Positions 38,101 through 48,660 of a DNA stretch of 64,000 nt are shown piece after piece. Source of the stretch: Heptranchias perlo (Eukaryota). Location: positions 5,146,001 to 5,210,000 of the forward strand of contig NC_090340.1 of the NCBI RefSeq assembly GCF_035084215.1, in the 5' to 3' direction. A program made the translations under genes and the position numbers. The first letter of the stretch is position 1, and each line of letters starts with the position of its first letter. A model generated the notes under the pieces. That model was not told the origin of the DNA, ran no database searches, and was given only the letters and a program-made list of their open reading frames with translations.

Positions 38101-41100
38101 TCTTATCCTACTAGGCTTATACCTACTAGAGTATATCACTGGGAGTAATCCCGGGGACTCCAGTACTCCCAGGGGACTCCTGCACTGCCTGCCTGTTCTT
38201 CCCAGTCTGTCTGTCCCACTTCCTCTCCGCCTCAATTCTCTGTAACTGCGAGATAACAACCTTCTGAAACGTGCTATCCATGAAACTCTCAGCTTACCCT
38301 ATTCATTGTAGTGACGCCAGCCGCGCCTCAAGCTCAGAAACTCTGAGCTCAAGCTCGAGCAGATGGCGGCATTTCGTGCACATGTGGTTTTCCAGGACAC
38401 ACCAAGTGTTCTGAAGATCCCACATGGCACGGGATGTGCATGCAACAGGCCCCTGCTGTCCTGCCATGTTAACTCCAGTTATTTAAACTGTTTGTTTACA
38501 TTTAAGGCAATTTAACATAGAAAATAGGAGCAAGAGTAGGCCATTCGGCCTTTTGGGCCTGCTCCGCCGTTCAAAATGATCATGACTGATCGTCTAACTC
38601 AGTGCTCTGTTCCAGCTTTTTCCCATATCCCTTGCTCACTTCAGCATTAAGAAATGTGTCTATCTCCTTCTTGAATACATCTAATGACATGGCCTCCACT
38701 ACCTTCTGTGGTAGAGAATTCCATAGGTTCACCACCCTCTGAGTGAAGCAATGTCTCCTCATCTCGGTTCTAAATGGTATAGTCTCTATCCTGAGAATGT
38801 GACTCCTGGTTCTGGGCTACACAGCCATCTGGAACATCTTCCCTGCATCTAGTCTGTCTCGTCCTGTTAGAATTTTCTATCTTTCGATGAGATCACCTCT
38901 CATTCTTCTAATCTCGAGTGAATATAGGCCTAGTCGACCAATCTATCCTCATACGTCACTCCTGCCATCCCAGGAATCAGTCTGGAAAACCTTCGTTGCA
39001 CTCCCTCCATGGCAAGGACATCCTTCTTCAGATAAGGAGACCAAAACTGCACACAACACTCCAGATGTGGTCTCACTAAGGCCCTGTATAACTGCAGTAA
39101 GACATCCCTGCTCCTGTACTCAAATCCTCTTGCAATGAAGGCCAACATGCCATTCGCCATCCTAACTGTTTGCTGCACCTGAATGCTCGTTTTCAGCGAC
39201 TGGTATACAAGGACACCCAGGTCTCCCTGCGCCTCCACTTTTCCCAATCTATCACCATTCAAATAATAATCTGCCTTTCTGTTTTTTGCAACCAAGGTGG
39301 ATAACCTCACATTTCTCCATGTTATACTGCATCTGCCATGTTCTTGCCCACTCACCCAACTTGTCCAAATCACATTGGAGCTTCTTTGCATCCTCCTCAA
39401 AGCTCACATTCCACCCCAACTTTGTGTCGTCTGCAAACTTGGTAATGTTACATTTAGTTCCCTCACTTAAATCATTGATATATATTGTGAATAGCTGGGG
39501 CCTAAGCACTGAACCCTGCAGCACCCCACCAGTCACTGCCTGCAACCCGGAAAAAAGAACTGTGTGTCAACTAATTCTCAATCCATGCCAGTATATTCCC
39601 CCCAATCCCACGTGCTTTAATTTACACACTAACCTCTTGTGTGGGAACTTATCAAAAGCCTTCTGAATATCCAAATACAACAGATCCACTGGTTCTCCCC
39701 AATCTATTCTACTAGTTACATTCACAAAAAACTCCAGTAGATTTGTTAAGTAATATTTCGCTTTCATAAACCCATGCTGACTTTGTCCAATATCGTTAAT
39801 GCCCACCAAATGTTCTGTTATCATATCTTTTATAATAGATTCTAGCATTTTCCCCACTGCTGATGTTGGGCTAACAGGTCTGTAATTCCCTGTTTTTTCT
39901 CTCCCTCCTTTTTTAAGTAGTGGGACTAGATTTGCCACCCTCCAATCTATAGGACACTTCCAGAGTCGATAGAATTTTGGAAGATGATCACCAATGCATC
40001 CACTATTTCCAGTTCCACTTCCTTTAGTACTCTGGGATATAGATTATCAGGCCCTGGGGATTTGTCAGCCTTTAGGCCCGTTAATTTCCTGAGCATTTTT
40101 TATTTACGAATACTGGTTTCCTTCAGTTCCTCCCTCTCAGGAGACCTTTAGTTCCCTAATATTTCTTGCAGGTTATTTGAGTCCTCCTTTGTGAAAGTAT
40201 GTGTTCAATTGTTCTGTCATTTCTTTATTGCCCATTATAATTTCCGCCATTTCTGACTGTAAGGGACCTACGTTTGTCTTCACTAATCTTTTTCGTGGGA
40301 ATTTACCCTTTATCTAACACTAAAACACTAACCACTAAAAAACAATAACCACTAAAGACACTAACCAATTAACAAATTAATGGCTGACTTGTATTAAACG
40401 CTCCTCTTTTTCTTTTGACGTCACTGTTTTACTTTCTCTATTTTTGATTCCCTGCGCCGGTCCCTTCACGCTCCGCTTAATACCCTCAGTCTCTCAGAAT
40501 ACCCTCTAACAACTTACCCACCACAGATGTCAGGCTCACCAGTCTGTAGTTCCCAGGCTTTTCCCTGCCGCCCTTCTTAAACAAAGGCACAACATTTGCT
40601 ACCCTCCAATCTTCAGGCACCTCACCTGTAGCTGTCCATGATTCAAATATCTCTGCGAGGGGACCCGCAATTTTCTCCATAACCTCCCATAACGTCCTGG
40701 GATACATTTCATCAGGTCCCGGAGATTTATCTACCTCGATGCGCGTTAAGACTTCCAGCACCTCCCTCTCTGTAATATGTACACTCCTCAAGACATCACT
40801 ATTTATTTCCCCAAGTTCCCTAAAATCCATGCCTTTCTCAACCGTAAATACCGATGTGAAATATTCATTCATGATCTCACCCATGTCTTGTGGTTCCGCA
40901 CATAAATGACCTTGTTGATCCTTAAGAGGCCCCACTCTCTCCCGAGTTACTTTTTTGCCCTTTATGTATTTGTAGAAGCTCTTTGGATTCTCCTTTGCCT
41001 TATCTGTCAAAGCAATCTCATGTTCCCCTTTTTGCCCTCCTGATTTCTCTCTTAACTCTACTCCGGCAATCTCTATACTCTTCAAGGGATCCACTTGATC

Positions 41101-44100
41101 CCAGCTGCCTATGCATGTCATATGCCTGCTTCTTAATTTTGACTCGGGCTTCAATCTCCCGAGTCATCCAAGGTTCCCTACTTCTACCAGCCTTGCCCTT
41201 CACTTTATAAGAAATGTGCTTACCCTGAACCCTGGTTAGCACACTTTTGAAAGCCTCCCACTTACCAGACGTCCCTTTGCCTGCCAACAGTCTCTCCCAA
41301 TCAACTTCTGAAAGTTCCTGTCTAATACCATCAAAATTGGCCTTTCCCCAATTTAGAATTTTAACTTTTGGGCCAGACCTATCATTCTCCATAGCTATCT
41401 TAAAACTAATGGAATCATGATCACTAGTCCCAAAGTGATCCCTCACTAACACTTCTGTCACCTGCCCTTCCTTATTTCCCAAGAGGAGGTCAAGTTTTGC
41501 CCCCTCTCTAGTCGGGCCATCCACATACTGAATGAGAAATTCCTCCTGAATACACTCAACGAATTTCTCTCCATCCAAGCCCCTAATGCTATGGCTGTCC
41601 CAGTTAATGTTGGGAAAGTTAAAGTCCCCTAGTATTACCACCCTATTTTTCTTGCAGCTGTCTGTAATCTCCTTACATATTTGCTCCTCAATTTCCCGTT
41701 GACTATTTGGGGGTCTGTAGTACAATCCTTTCAATGTCATCTCTCCCTTCTTATTTTTCAGTTCTACCCATATAGACTCAGTGGGCGAACCCTCGGATAT
41801 ATCCCCTCTCACTACTGCCGTGATGTTCTCCCTAATCAAGAACGCAACTCCCCCTCCTCTCTTACCTCCTGCTCTATCTTTCCTATAGCATCTGTACCCT
41901 GGAACAATGAGCTGCCAATCCTGCCCCTCCCTTAGCCATGTTTCAGTAATAGATATAACATCCCAGTCCCATGTACCCATCCATGCCCTGAGTTCATCTG
42001 CCTTTCCCATCAGACTTCTTGCATTGAAATAAATGCAGTTTAATCTGGAATTCCCTTGGTCTTTGCACTGCTTTCGCAGACCATCTGTCCGGTCATGTTT
42101 TGTACACTCTCCCTTACTGCCTTTTGTTTCTATCACCACTTTACTTCCCACTGACTTCCTGCATCGGTTCCCACCCCCCTGCCACATTAGTTTAAACCCT
42201 CCCCAACAGCACGAGCAAACACTCCCCCTAGGACATTGGTTCCAGTCCTGTCCAGACGCAGACCGTCCAATTTGTACTGGTCGCACCACCCCCAGAACCG
42301 GTTCCAATGGCCCAGGAATTTGAATCCCTCCCTCTTGCACCATCTCTCAAGCCACGTATTCATCCTAGCTATCCTGTCATTCCTACTCTGACTAGCCCGT
42401 GGCACTGGTAGCAATCCTGAGATTACTAACTTTGAGGTCCTACTTTTTAGTTTAAATCCTAACTCCCTAAATTCAGCTTGTAGGACCCCATCCCGTTTTT
42501 TACCTATATCGTTGGTACCTAAATGTACCACGACAACTGGCTGTTCACCCTCCCCTCCGGAATGTCCTGCAGCCGCTCCGAGACATCCCTGACCCTTGCA
42601 CCAGGGAGGCAACATACCATCCTGGAATCTCGGTTGCGTCCGCAGAAACGCCTGTCTATTCCCCTTACAATCGAGTCCCCGATCAATATAGCTCTGCCAC
42701 TCTTTTTCCTGCCCTCTTGTGCAGCAGAGCCAGCCACGGTGCCATGAATCTGGCCGCTGCCACCTTCCCCTGGTGAGCCATCTCCCACAACAGTATCCAA
42801 AACGGTATGCCTGTTTTGGAGGGAGATGACCGCAGGGGACCCCTGCACTGCATTCCTACTCTTCCTCACTCGGTTAGCAATACACTCCTTTAAAGTTTCA
42901 CTCCCTGTCTTTGCCAACCTCTGTACGCAAGCTTAGGACGTTCTCGCTCTCTCTTTGAAAGTTGTGTTCACTTTGGTAAAAAGACTAAATGGTTTCTTAC
43001 CTTTATTTTTCTTTGAGATACACCGTTTTCCAATGATGAGAGCCAACGCCAGGAATATCAATCCGCCCGCTGCACATGCTGAAATCAGCAAGTAACGGGT
43101 GAACTCACCACCTACAAGATTTAGGTGAAATGTACAAATATGAAACAGTGCACTGTTCAATTGAACAATATCATGACTTAAAAGGTCAGCAACATTTTAA
43201 TCAATTGTTGCTATTTTAGTAATGTTATATTTAAGGTATAGTTTTATGAAACAAAACACAAAATGCAGAGCTATGTTTATTTTTTTTCATGCGTGAGGAA
43301 CACATTACTGTTATATTATCTTGCCTTAAACTCAAATCTGATTGAAATAAGTTTGCGATATAAATGTGATAATGATTAATTTGTTACTTGTTATGACGGC
43401 TAACAGTAGTTGCTAAAATTGCAGCTTGCTGCAGATTTCGAGCAAGGTTTAAAGAATGCAGCAGGCAGCGGTCCCGCCTCTCGGCGTAACGACTTGGAAC
43501 TGCAGGACGCGAGTTACTGCTCGATGTTGTCCCAGGCGTCAGTTCCATGTCTCGACCGTGACTCCCACTGGGGCAAGGGGTGCCGAACAGCGTTGGCTTT
43601 GGAGCTGAACACCTGGCAGAAATCCATGGATAATTATATTTGCTCTTAAGCAAACAAATGATGGGGGAGGCATCTCAGAAAATAGTTTTACTTGCAGGAT
43701 AACTGAGACCTGCAATCTTACCTGTTGGGTAGAAGACAATGTGAGTGGCTATGGCAGGAATTTCGATGGTATTGTGAGTCACCAGGCAGGTATACACAGT
43801 CCCGGTCCGGACAGGCTGCGTCTCTTCCAAACGGCTGGAAGCTTCATATAGTCCATCTGTTTTGAGTTGAATAATGCTATTTATCCCTGGTGTAGTTTTA
43901 GTCCCATTTTTATACCAAGTGAAGGTGATATTCTGCGGGTAAAACGGATTTGTCGCACACACAACAGTTAGAGAGGAAGATGAATCCTTTCCAGGTTCCC
44001 GAGAGGTAATTTTTAGTGGAGTTGGGGGAACTAGAAAAAAGGAGGAAAATAACGTTATTCGGGCATCATTCAAGGTTATCAACATGTCGTTTTGTTTCGG

Positions 44101-45464
44101 CCCATTACTGACAGCACAAAGAGGGAGTTGTTCACTGTGCGTTATCCTTAACGACATCGTTAACGGCATCTTCATAAATTTTAACTTTAAATCGGGGGTA
44201 ATTTTAACATTTATCGCAGGGCGAGAAACGGGTGACAACTGATGGGAAAAAAATCGAGCGGGGTCTAAAAAGGGCGGTCGATTCACTATCGCCTGTTTTG
44301 CGCTAACCGCCGAAGCCCATATCCACTCTCAAGTACAATAACTGACAAGAAAGTACATTTGACCGAACGCGAGGGGCTTTGGCACACACGTTCTGGGTGA
44401 TATCCTATTTACTGAAGACTGAAAGGATGATGAAAATGTGGAGTGTGTGGTCAGGAAAGTTTTCGGAATTTAACTGTTAATAACATCGGAGTTGCAAGCA
44501 TCCTAACATATAGACCATTAAATTATAAACGCGGGAAGCTGAATTTTAATAGAAACTGTCAGCCCTCCTTAACCAACGCAAACAGAATAAACCGATAAGA
44601 TCCGTGCTTACCGGGCAAATGCGCGCTGGTATGCAATTCAGTCGATACGCATCCTTTAATCAGCAATTTTAACTTCACATGAATATTGGTGAAATATATA
44701 TCATTCTACCGGATAATTGGAATGTATACATATAATACAACGATTGTTATTTGAGTTTCAATGTGAATCCTTCAAAGTACAACCGACAAATGCGTATACA
44801 AGTGTGAAACAGTGTAGAATGTAAACAATTCTAAAGCATGATTCATGCGCTGGATAAATCTGCTGTGAAATGTTTCGGTCACGTTGATCTTATTCGCCGC
44901 TATTGTTATACTTACCCCATACAGTTAAATTGGATCCCGTTCCGTTTCCAACTAGTCTCCCTTGATGGGAGATAGTGCAATAGTATACTCCCGAGTCCTT
45001 TACACTCACACTGAGTAGCTGAAGGAAGCCGCTGAACTTAGTTCTGAAGCCAGTTAATTTTCTGTCATCCAGCACTGTACTTAGATATTCATTGTCACCC
45101 TGTTTCCACCAGTTCACCTTCACACGTGGGCCGGATTGAAAGAAGGAAATCGAGCAATGAAAGGAGACGTTTGCACCAATATTTCTGCTCACGGTTTCGG
45201 GGAGCTGAGTCACTTTGACCGAAGTTTCACCGGAGCCTATCAGAAAAGACAATCAAAACATAATTAGTGAGGTTATATTTCAGGAGGAAAAGCTCGAGGG
45301 CAGTGGAATCAGGCAAACAGTCCAAAGGGCAATGATACATTTTATGTGAAGGAGAAGTTATGCAATTATGCGTTTTAGCGAGAATGCAGGATATAGAAGG
45401 AACAGTTACCTGTGAAAATGATCCCCAGAACAGAGATGCATTGGAGTACAACACTCGTCAACAT
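28109..45464 (-). CDS. Gene B: complete 7-exon VJ-C1-TM-ITIM/ITSM immunoglobulin-superfamily receptor (SIRP/SHPS-1-like), 368 aa; join(45410..45464,44916..45236,43722..44030,43001..43111,33692..33735,28485..28583,28109..28276)
   Basis: All introns are GT-AG. Phases 1,1,1,1,0,0 join into one open frame of 1107 nt. It encodes a signal peptide, V-set and C1-set cysteine/tryptophan motifs, a hydrophobic TM and a four-Tyr tail. Exon sizes match paralogous gene A (C1 309 nt; first cytoplasmic exon 44 nt). Confidence 0.88.
28485..28583 (-). CDS. Gene B exon 6, cytoplasmic (VTEDVMAPYAAVDLTNSWKGPRSKHQERTVYAQ)
   Basis: ttccatgcag|GTA ... CAG|gtacgg. 99 nt, phase 0/0, two Tyr motifs. Confidence 0.82.
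29126..29197. repeat. Two (AT)n microsatellites in gene B intron 5
   Basis: Direct read. Confidence 0.92.
29865..33303 (-). mobile_element. SINE-like repeat (29865-29997 and 33101-33303) split by a CR1 insertion
   Basis: The two flanks read as one continuous shark repeat (..ggaatcacatgtagact / ..gtaaggacggcaacttccttccctgaaggacattag..). A degenerate B box gtgttcaaattc is present on the minus strand. Confidence 0.55.
29998..33100 (-). mobile_element. CR1 LINE with essentially complete but frameshifted ORF2 (APE plus RT), sense-oriented in gene B intron 5
   Basis: ORFs 32499..32954 (LYTNARSIRNK..TE.WL), 31992..32480, 31021..31440, 30559..31008 (PQGSVLGP..FADDTK) and 30079..30357. Confidence 0.95.
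33521..33542. repeat. (GT)n microsatellite
   Basis: Direct read. Confidence 0.95.
33692..33735 (-). CDS. Gene B exon 5, 44-nt cytoplasmic exon (GPQNDAERSGHREQS)
   Basis: ttaccag|GA ... TCG|gtatgttt. Same length (44 nt), same phases (1->0) and same gtatgtttc donor as gene A exon 3310..3353. Confidence 0.8.
34872..35415 (+). mobile_element. L2-clade LINE 3' fragment
   Basis: ORF 34837..35064: AFVTSRLDNSNVLLAGLP..LIQNSAARIL. ORF 35144..35386: GDRAFS..GPKLWNSIP..LKTYLF. Confidence 0.88.
36645..37530 (+). mobile_element. Penelope-like element 3' part encoding GIY-YIG endonuclease
   Basis: YCIRCSQC, then LYTGETKRSIIDRFAE..VVCHFN..EEQHLILRFGTLQPSGLN (ORF 37081..37350). Upstream RSLRDTLVHS..FPC..RCNTC linker. 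Confidence 0.88.
38515..40295 (-). mobile_element. 5'-truncated CR1 LINE
   Basis: ORFs 39567..39938, 39252..39545, 38930..39400 and 38580..38762. Confidence 0.93.
40486..42870 (-). mobile_element. Well-preserved CR1 segment: ORF1 SGNH-esterase, ORF2 APE and linker, with RT and 3' end missing
   Basis: ORFs 42519..42917 (LIGDSIVRG), 42187..42615 (HLGTND..DGL), 41018..42343 (YFNARSL..TETWL..GDFN..SDH) and 40486..41154. Confidence 0.95.
43001..43111 (-). CDS. Gene B exon 4, transmembrane (GGEFTRYLLISACAAGGLIFLALALIIGKRCISKKNK)
   Basis: Acceptor cttgtag|GT, donor AAAG|gtaaga. About 22 uncharged residues followed by a basic stop-transfer segment. Homologous to the gene A TM exon. Confidence 0.92.
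43722..44030 (-). CDS. Gene B exon 3, C1-set Ig domain (LTVVCATNPFYPQNITFTWYKNG..DGLYEASSRL..YTCLVTH)
   Basis: Within ORF 43675..44286. Acceptor tttctag|TT, donor ACAG|gtaaga. C1 signature CxxxxFYP..W..YxCxVxH. Confidence 0.95.
44916..45236 (-). CDS. Gene B exon 2, V-set Ig domain with built-in J-like strand (..VTQLPE..VSFHC..VNWWKQG..DSGVYYC..GNGTGSNLTVW)
   Basis: Within ORF 44890..45252. Acceptor gatag|GC, donor TGGG|gtaagt. Canonical Cys-Trp-DxGxYxC and GxG motifs. Confidence 0.95.
45410..45464 (-). CDS. Gene B exon 1, signal peptide MLTSVVLQCISVLGIIFT(G)
   Basis: ATG at 45464, hydrophobic core, phase-1 donor ACAG|gtaact, 173-nt intron before the V exon. Shares VLGII with the gene A leader. 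Confidence 0.85.
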
Positions 45465-48261
45465 TCTGACCCAATTGAACACTCAGACCGGGAGCTGGCT
45501 GATGGTTTGTAAGAACACTGAGTGGGCGGACTTTGAAATACGTCACCGTGAAGCGTGTCCTGTGTATGGGTTCAGAAAATGCCTTTTTTGTCCCTTTTGT
45601 GAGATTTGCTGAAACAATTGTATATTCGCCAGAAGAGGGCGTACCTCGCAATTTGAAGTTTTTACACGGAGCAGCTGGACGAGCCTCGCCTCCCGACCTT
45701 CCAACCTGAGGAAAACCATGATGCACAGCGGGAATTCGAGCTTTCAGTGCTCGGCGCCTATAAATTCCATGCGCGCTCTGTGGCAGCAGACCGACGGACT
45801 CTGGAAAACGGCGAGAATTGTTAATCCTGGCCAATTACCCTGTCTGTTCAGGGTTTCCGCTGATCATTTGCCGAAGAAACGGTGAGAGATTGTGAGAACT
45901 CCGGCAAAATTCTCCATCAGTGTCTTACAGTAGCTCAGATGAGACAGGAGAGATGTTTTGGACAGTGATGTAGGAAATTGTGAAAGGCACTACGTTCCAT
46001 AACTTCCGTGCGAAATCTCCAGATTTTCCGCGGTAGCTTCGGAGACTTGTGCTAACCTCGTAGAAACGACACGCCACTGTTTTTATTTGATGTTAGACAA
46101 AAGTATCTAGGATAAGTAACTATGAGTATTCGATCAGAGCTCTGTGATTGTACAATCAAAATCTCATTCAGCAATGCCGATCTTTCCCATATTTCAAACA
46201 CACGTTGAAGCGTCTTTACTGTTATTCAATGATGCAATTCGATAACTGTGGAAGAGGGCGGACTTGTCTGTTGCAGCATTTAACGGCTTGCAGATACTCC
46301 AAACGGCAAGGACACACATATAAACTGAACAAGTTTGTGTAAAAGCACAAAGGTTTATCGGAAAATAATCTCTGGCACGTGTGCAGGTGGATAGAGAGGC
46401 ACCAAGTGCATTGATGCAACTGATGACCTGAGACAGAGGCGGGGGTGGGGGGTGCGGTATGGTGGAGGAGACAGGGGGCGCTGGGCATACAATAGCGTAG
46501 GGCCCGAAAGAAAGAAGAACAGGGAAAATAGAAGGAGATTGCCAGGACAGTCAGTACTAAAATATCCACCATTCCCAACAAGGAAGAACAGTTAGACGTT
46601 CAGCGAGTTTAAAACGTTAGCCAAAATCAGAGCAGCCAGCATAACCTAAAAGAATGGACTCTTACAGTCACTTCCCCAGCTCGGCATCGTACGGTTTAAA
46701 TTGTTTACCATCATGCTCAAGTGGTGGCATTAGTTTGTTATGCCCTATTCTTCATCTAACAGCCTCCCTTCACTGGGAGTTCGGTGAGACCCCAATTCAT
46801 GCCGTTTCTTCAGGATTTCCATCAAAATTCCACCGAAGTTACGGGAGGAGATTGGGAGGACCCCGTGGAATCTCGGGGCTTATATCATGAAACCCTAACC
46901 ACTCCTTCTTCTGAAAGTGACATATCCTCAGTAGCCTATTCTAACATATCTTCATATTTTTCTCATCCAGCTGCGCCTAAAGAGAACGAACCCGGCTATA
47001 GCAGCTTTAGCCCTGGCAACGCTTCAGAGGATGTGCTATTGCTCGTTCTCGCCATTGCAAACACTAAACAAGAGACATGCACTGTGGGGAATTAGAGAGC
47101 AGAATGCATTGGCTGAGAAAGAGAACCCAAGTTGAGCAGAAGCAGCGGCTTGTGATATATGCAGAAAAGGTTCGAATATAACACCCCTTGGATGCGGGGA
47201 CTTGTAACTCATATTTCATGGAACCTGATTTTTTTATAAAGAAAGTTTATAGATCTCAAACACACGTACAGGTAATGGAGACGATACTGGATGATGTGCA
47301 CAGATGGCAGTTCATAGAGAGAACTCCACTGCCCGCATGTCCAGTATATTCTCAGATATCTTGACGATACTGAAGTCCACATTGGAAATTGTGACAGTTC
47401 CAAAGACATTTTTATTGCAGGTCCTGTAAGAGAATCCTGAAGGGCAGTCTGTCGTTAATCCGGGAATCATTACACATCTGCCATAGAAGCCTAGGGTAGC
47501 ATATTGGAAAGGAGCTATGTCAACCAGCGTCCAATTTAATAGAATTGTGGTATAGAAGACCGTCAGACGTCGGATCGCTGAGCTTGTCGCTGCTATTAGG
47601 CCTGTTCTTTCACACTTGAATGATCATGTGGGGGCAGTACACAGTACTCGTGGTACGAGAAGAATGGAAATAGATGATAGTGCTGCCCCTCAGAATGGCA
47701 AGCCATGTCGGCCCCTAGCAGCCATCTGCATTGCCTGCACGTGACGAAAGAATGCAAAATCAGGCTGCGCCTCATGCAGCAGAGGATTCAGTTTACGGAA
47801 AATACTTCTCAGGACTCAACTGCCACAGAATGAGGGCCATCTCAGTCCCTGAACGTTCCAATAGCAAAAGATAAGCTAGTTACCCCATGCACTCCAGTTA
47901 CTTGAGCTCGCATTTAAGGGAAGCACAAGGAAATGATTACAAGCACTTTCATCATAAACTAGCACCAATGGAGAACAGCAGCGCCTAAAAGCACTGTTCT
48001 TGGTCAAAATATAGGTTTCCATTAAACGAATTGTCGCGGTTAAGCTATTGCACTACAGGTATTCTTGCAAGGTTTGACCGTTGTTTTCATCAGGTGGCAC
48101 GTGTTAGTGCAAGGTATGTTCTCCTCTCTCTGCAGATGTTGACGTTGGAGTATGAGCCACTGGTCACAGAGGAGCACTCATGTAGCTTGGCTTTGCTAGT
48201 AACGTATGTTCGGCCCTCGTTTCCTTCGAAACATCCCCGATAGCGAGATTACTGTTGGGAA

Positions 48262-48660
48262 ACCCATTGGTAGCAAGCCTTTGTGTCAGAAGATCAAGGA
48301 TTCAAGGGCTTTTCCAGGATTTCAGCAACTAATGCCAGCTGACACTTCAGCGCAGTACTGAGGGCGATCCTGGATTGTTAAAGGGTAACATTAAACCAAG
48401 GTTGATGTTTGCCTGTTCATGCAACAAAGCCAATGCCACTTTTTTGGAAAAGAGCAGGCGAGTTCTCCTGCTGGGCTGGCGAATGTTTCTGCTTCAACTA
48501 CACCATGACAACGGATTAACTGATTATTTATCTTATGGATATTTATGGTATCTCGCTGCGTGCAAATTGGCTGCTGAATTTGCCCATATAACAATAACCA
48601 CACTTCAACGGCAGTTCTTTGGCTGCAATGTGCTTTGGGACGCCTGAGGAGACAATAGGC
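48262..48660 (+). mobile_element. Degraded Deu-domain SINE; further partial minus-strand copies at about 49000-49160 and 50005-50305
   Basis: ttggtagca..ttcaag..cagtactgagg..aaattggctgc..ctttgggacg pattern. Confidence 0.6.

Larger units (their letters stand above)
34335..38512 (-). mobile_element. Degraded long CR1 LINE (3' end at 34335; ORF1 esterase 37870-38500) interrupted by L2 and Penelope insertions; probable 5' end at 40296-40485
   Basis: ORFs 34569..34802, 35729..36037, 36015..36278, 37595..37864 and 37933..38259 (WLEQWCRRE.FRFLGHW). Confidence 0.8.

Noticed and set aside
4589-45236. Interpretation as a rearranging IgL/TCR locus
   Set aside because: The V exons already include the G strand and a splice donor, there are no flanking RSS or separate J segments, the TM lacks charged CD3-pairing residues, and gene B has a long ITIM tail.
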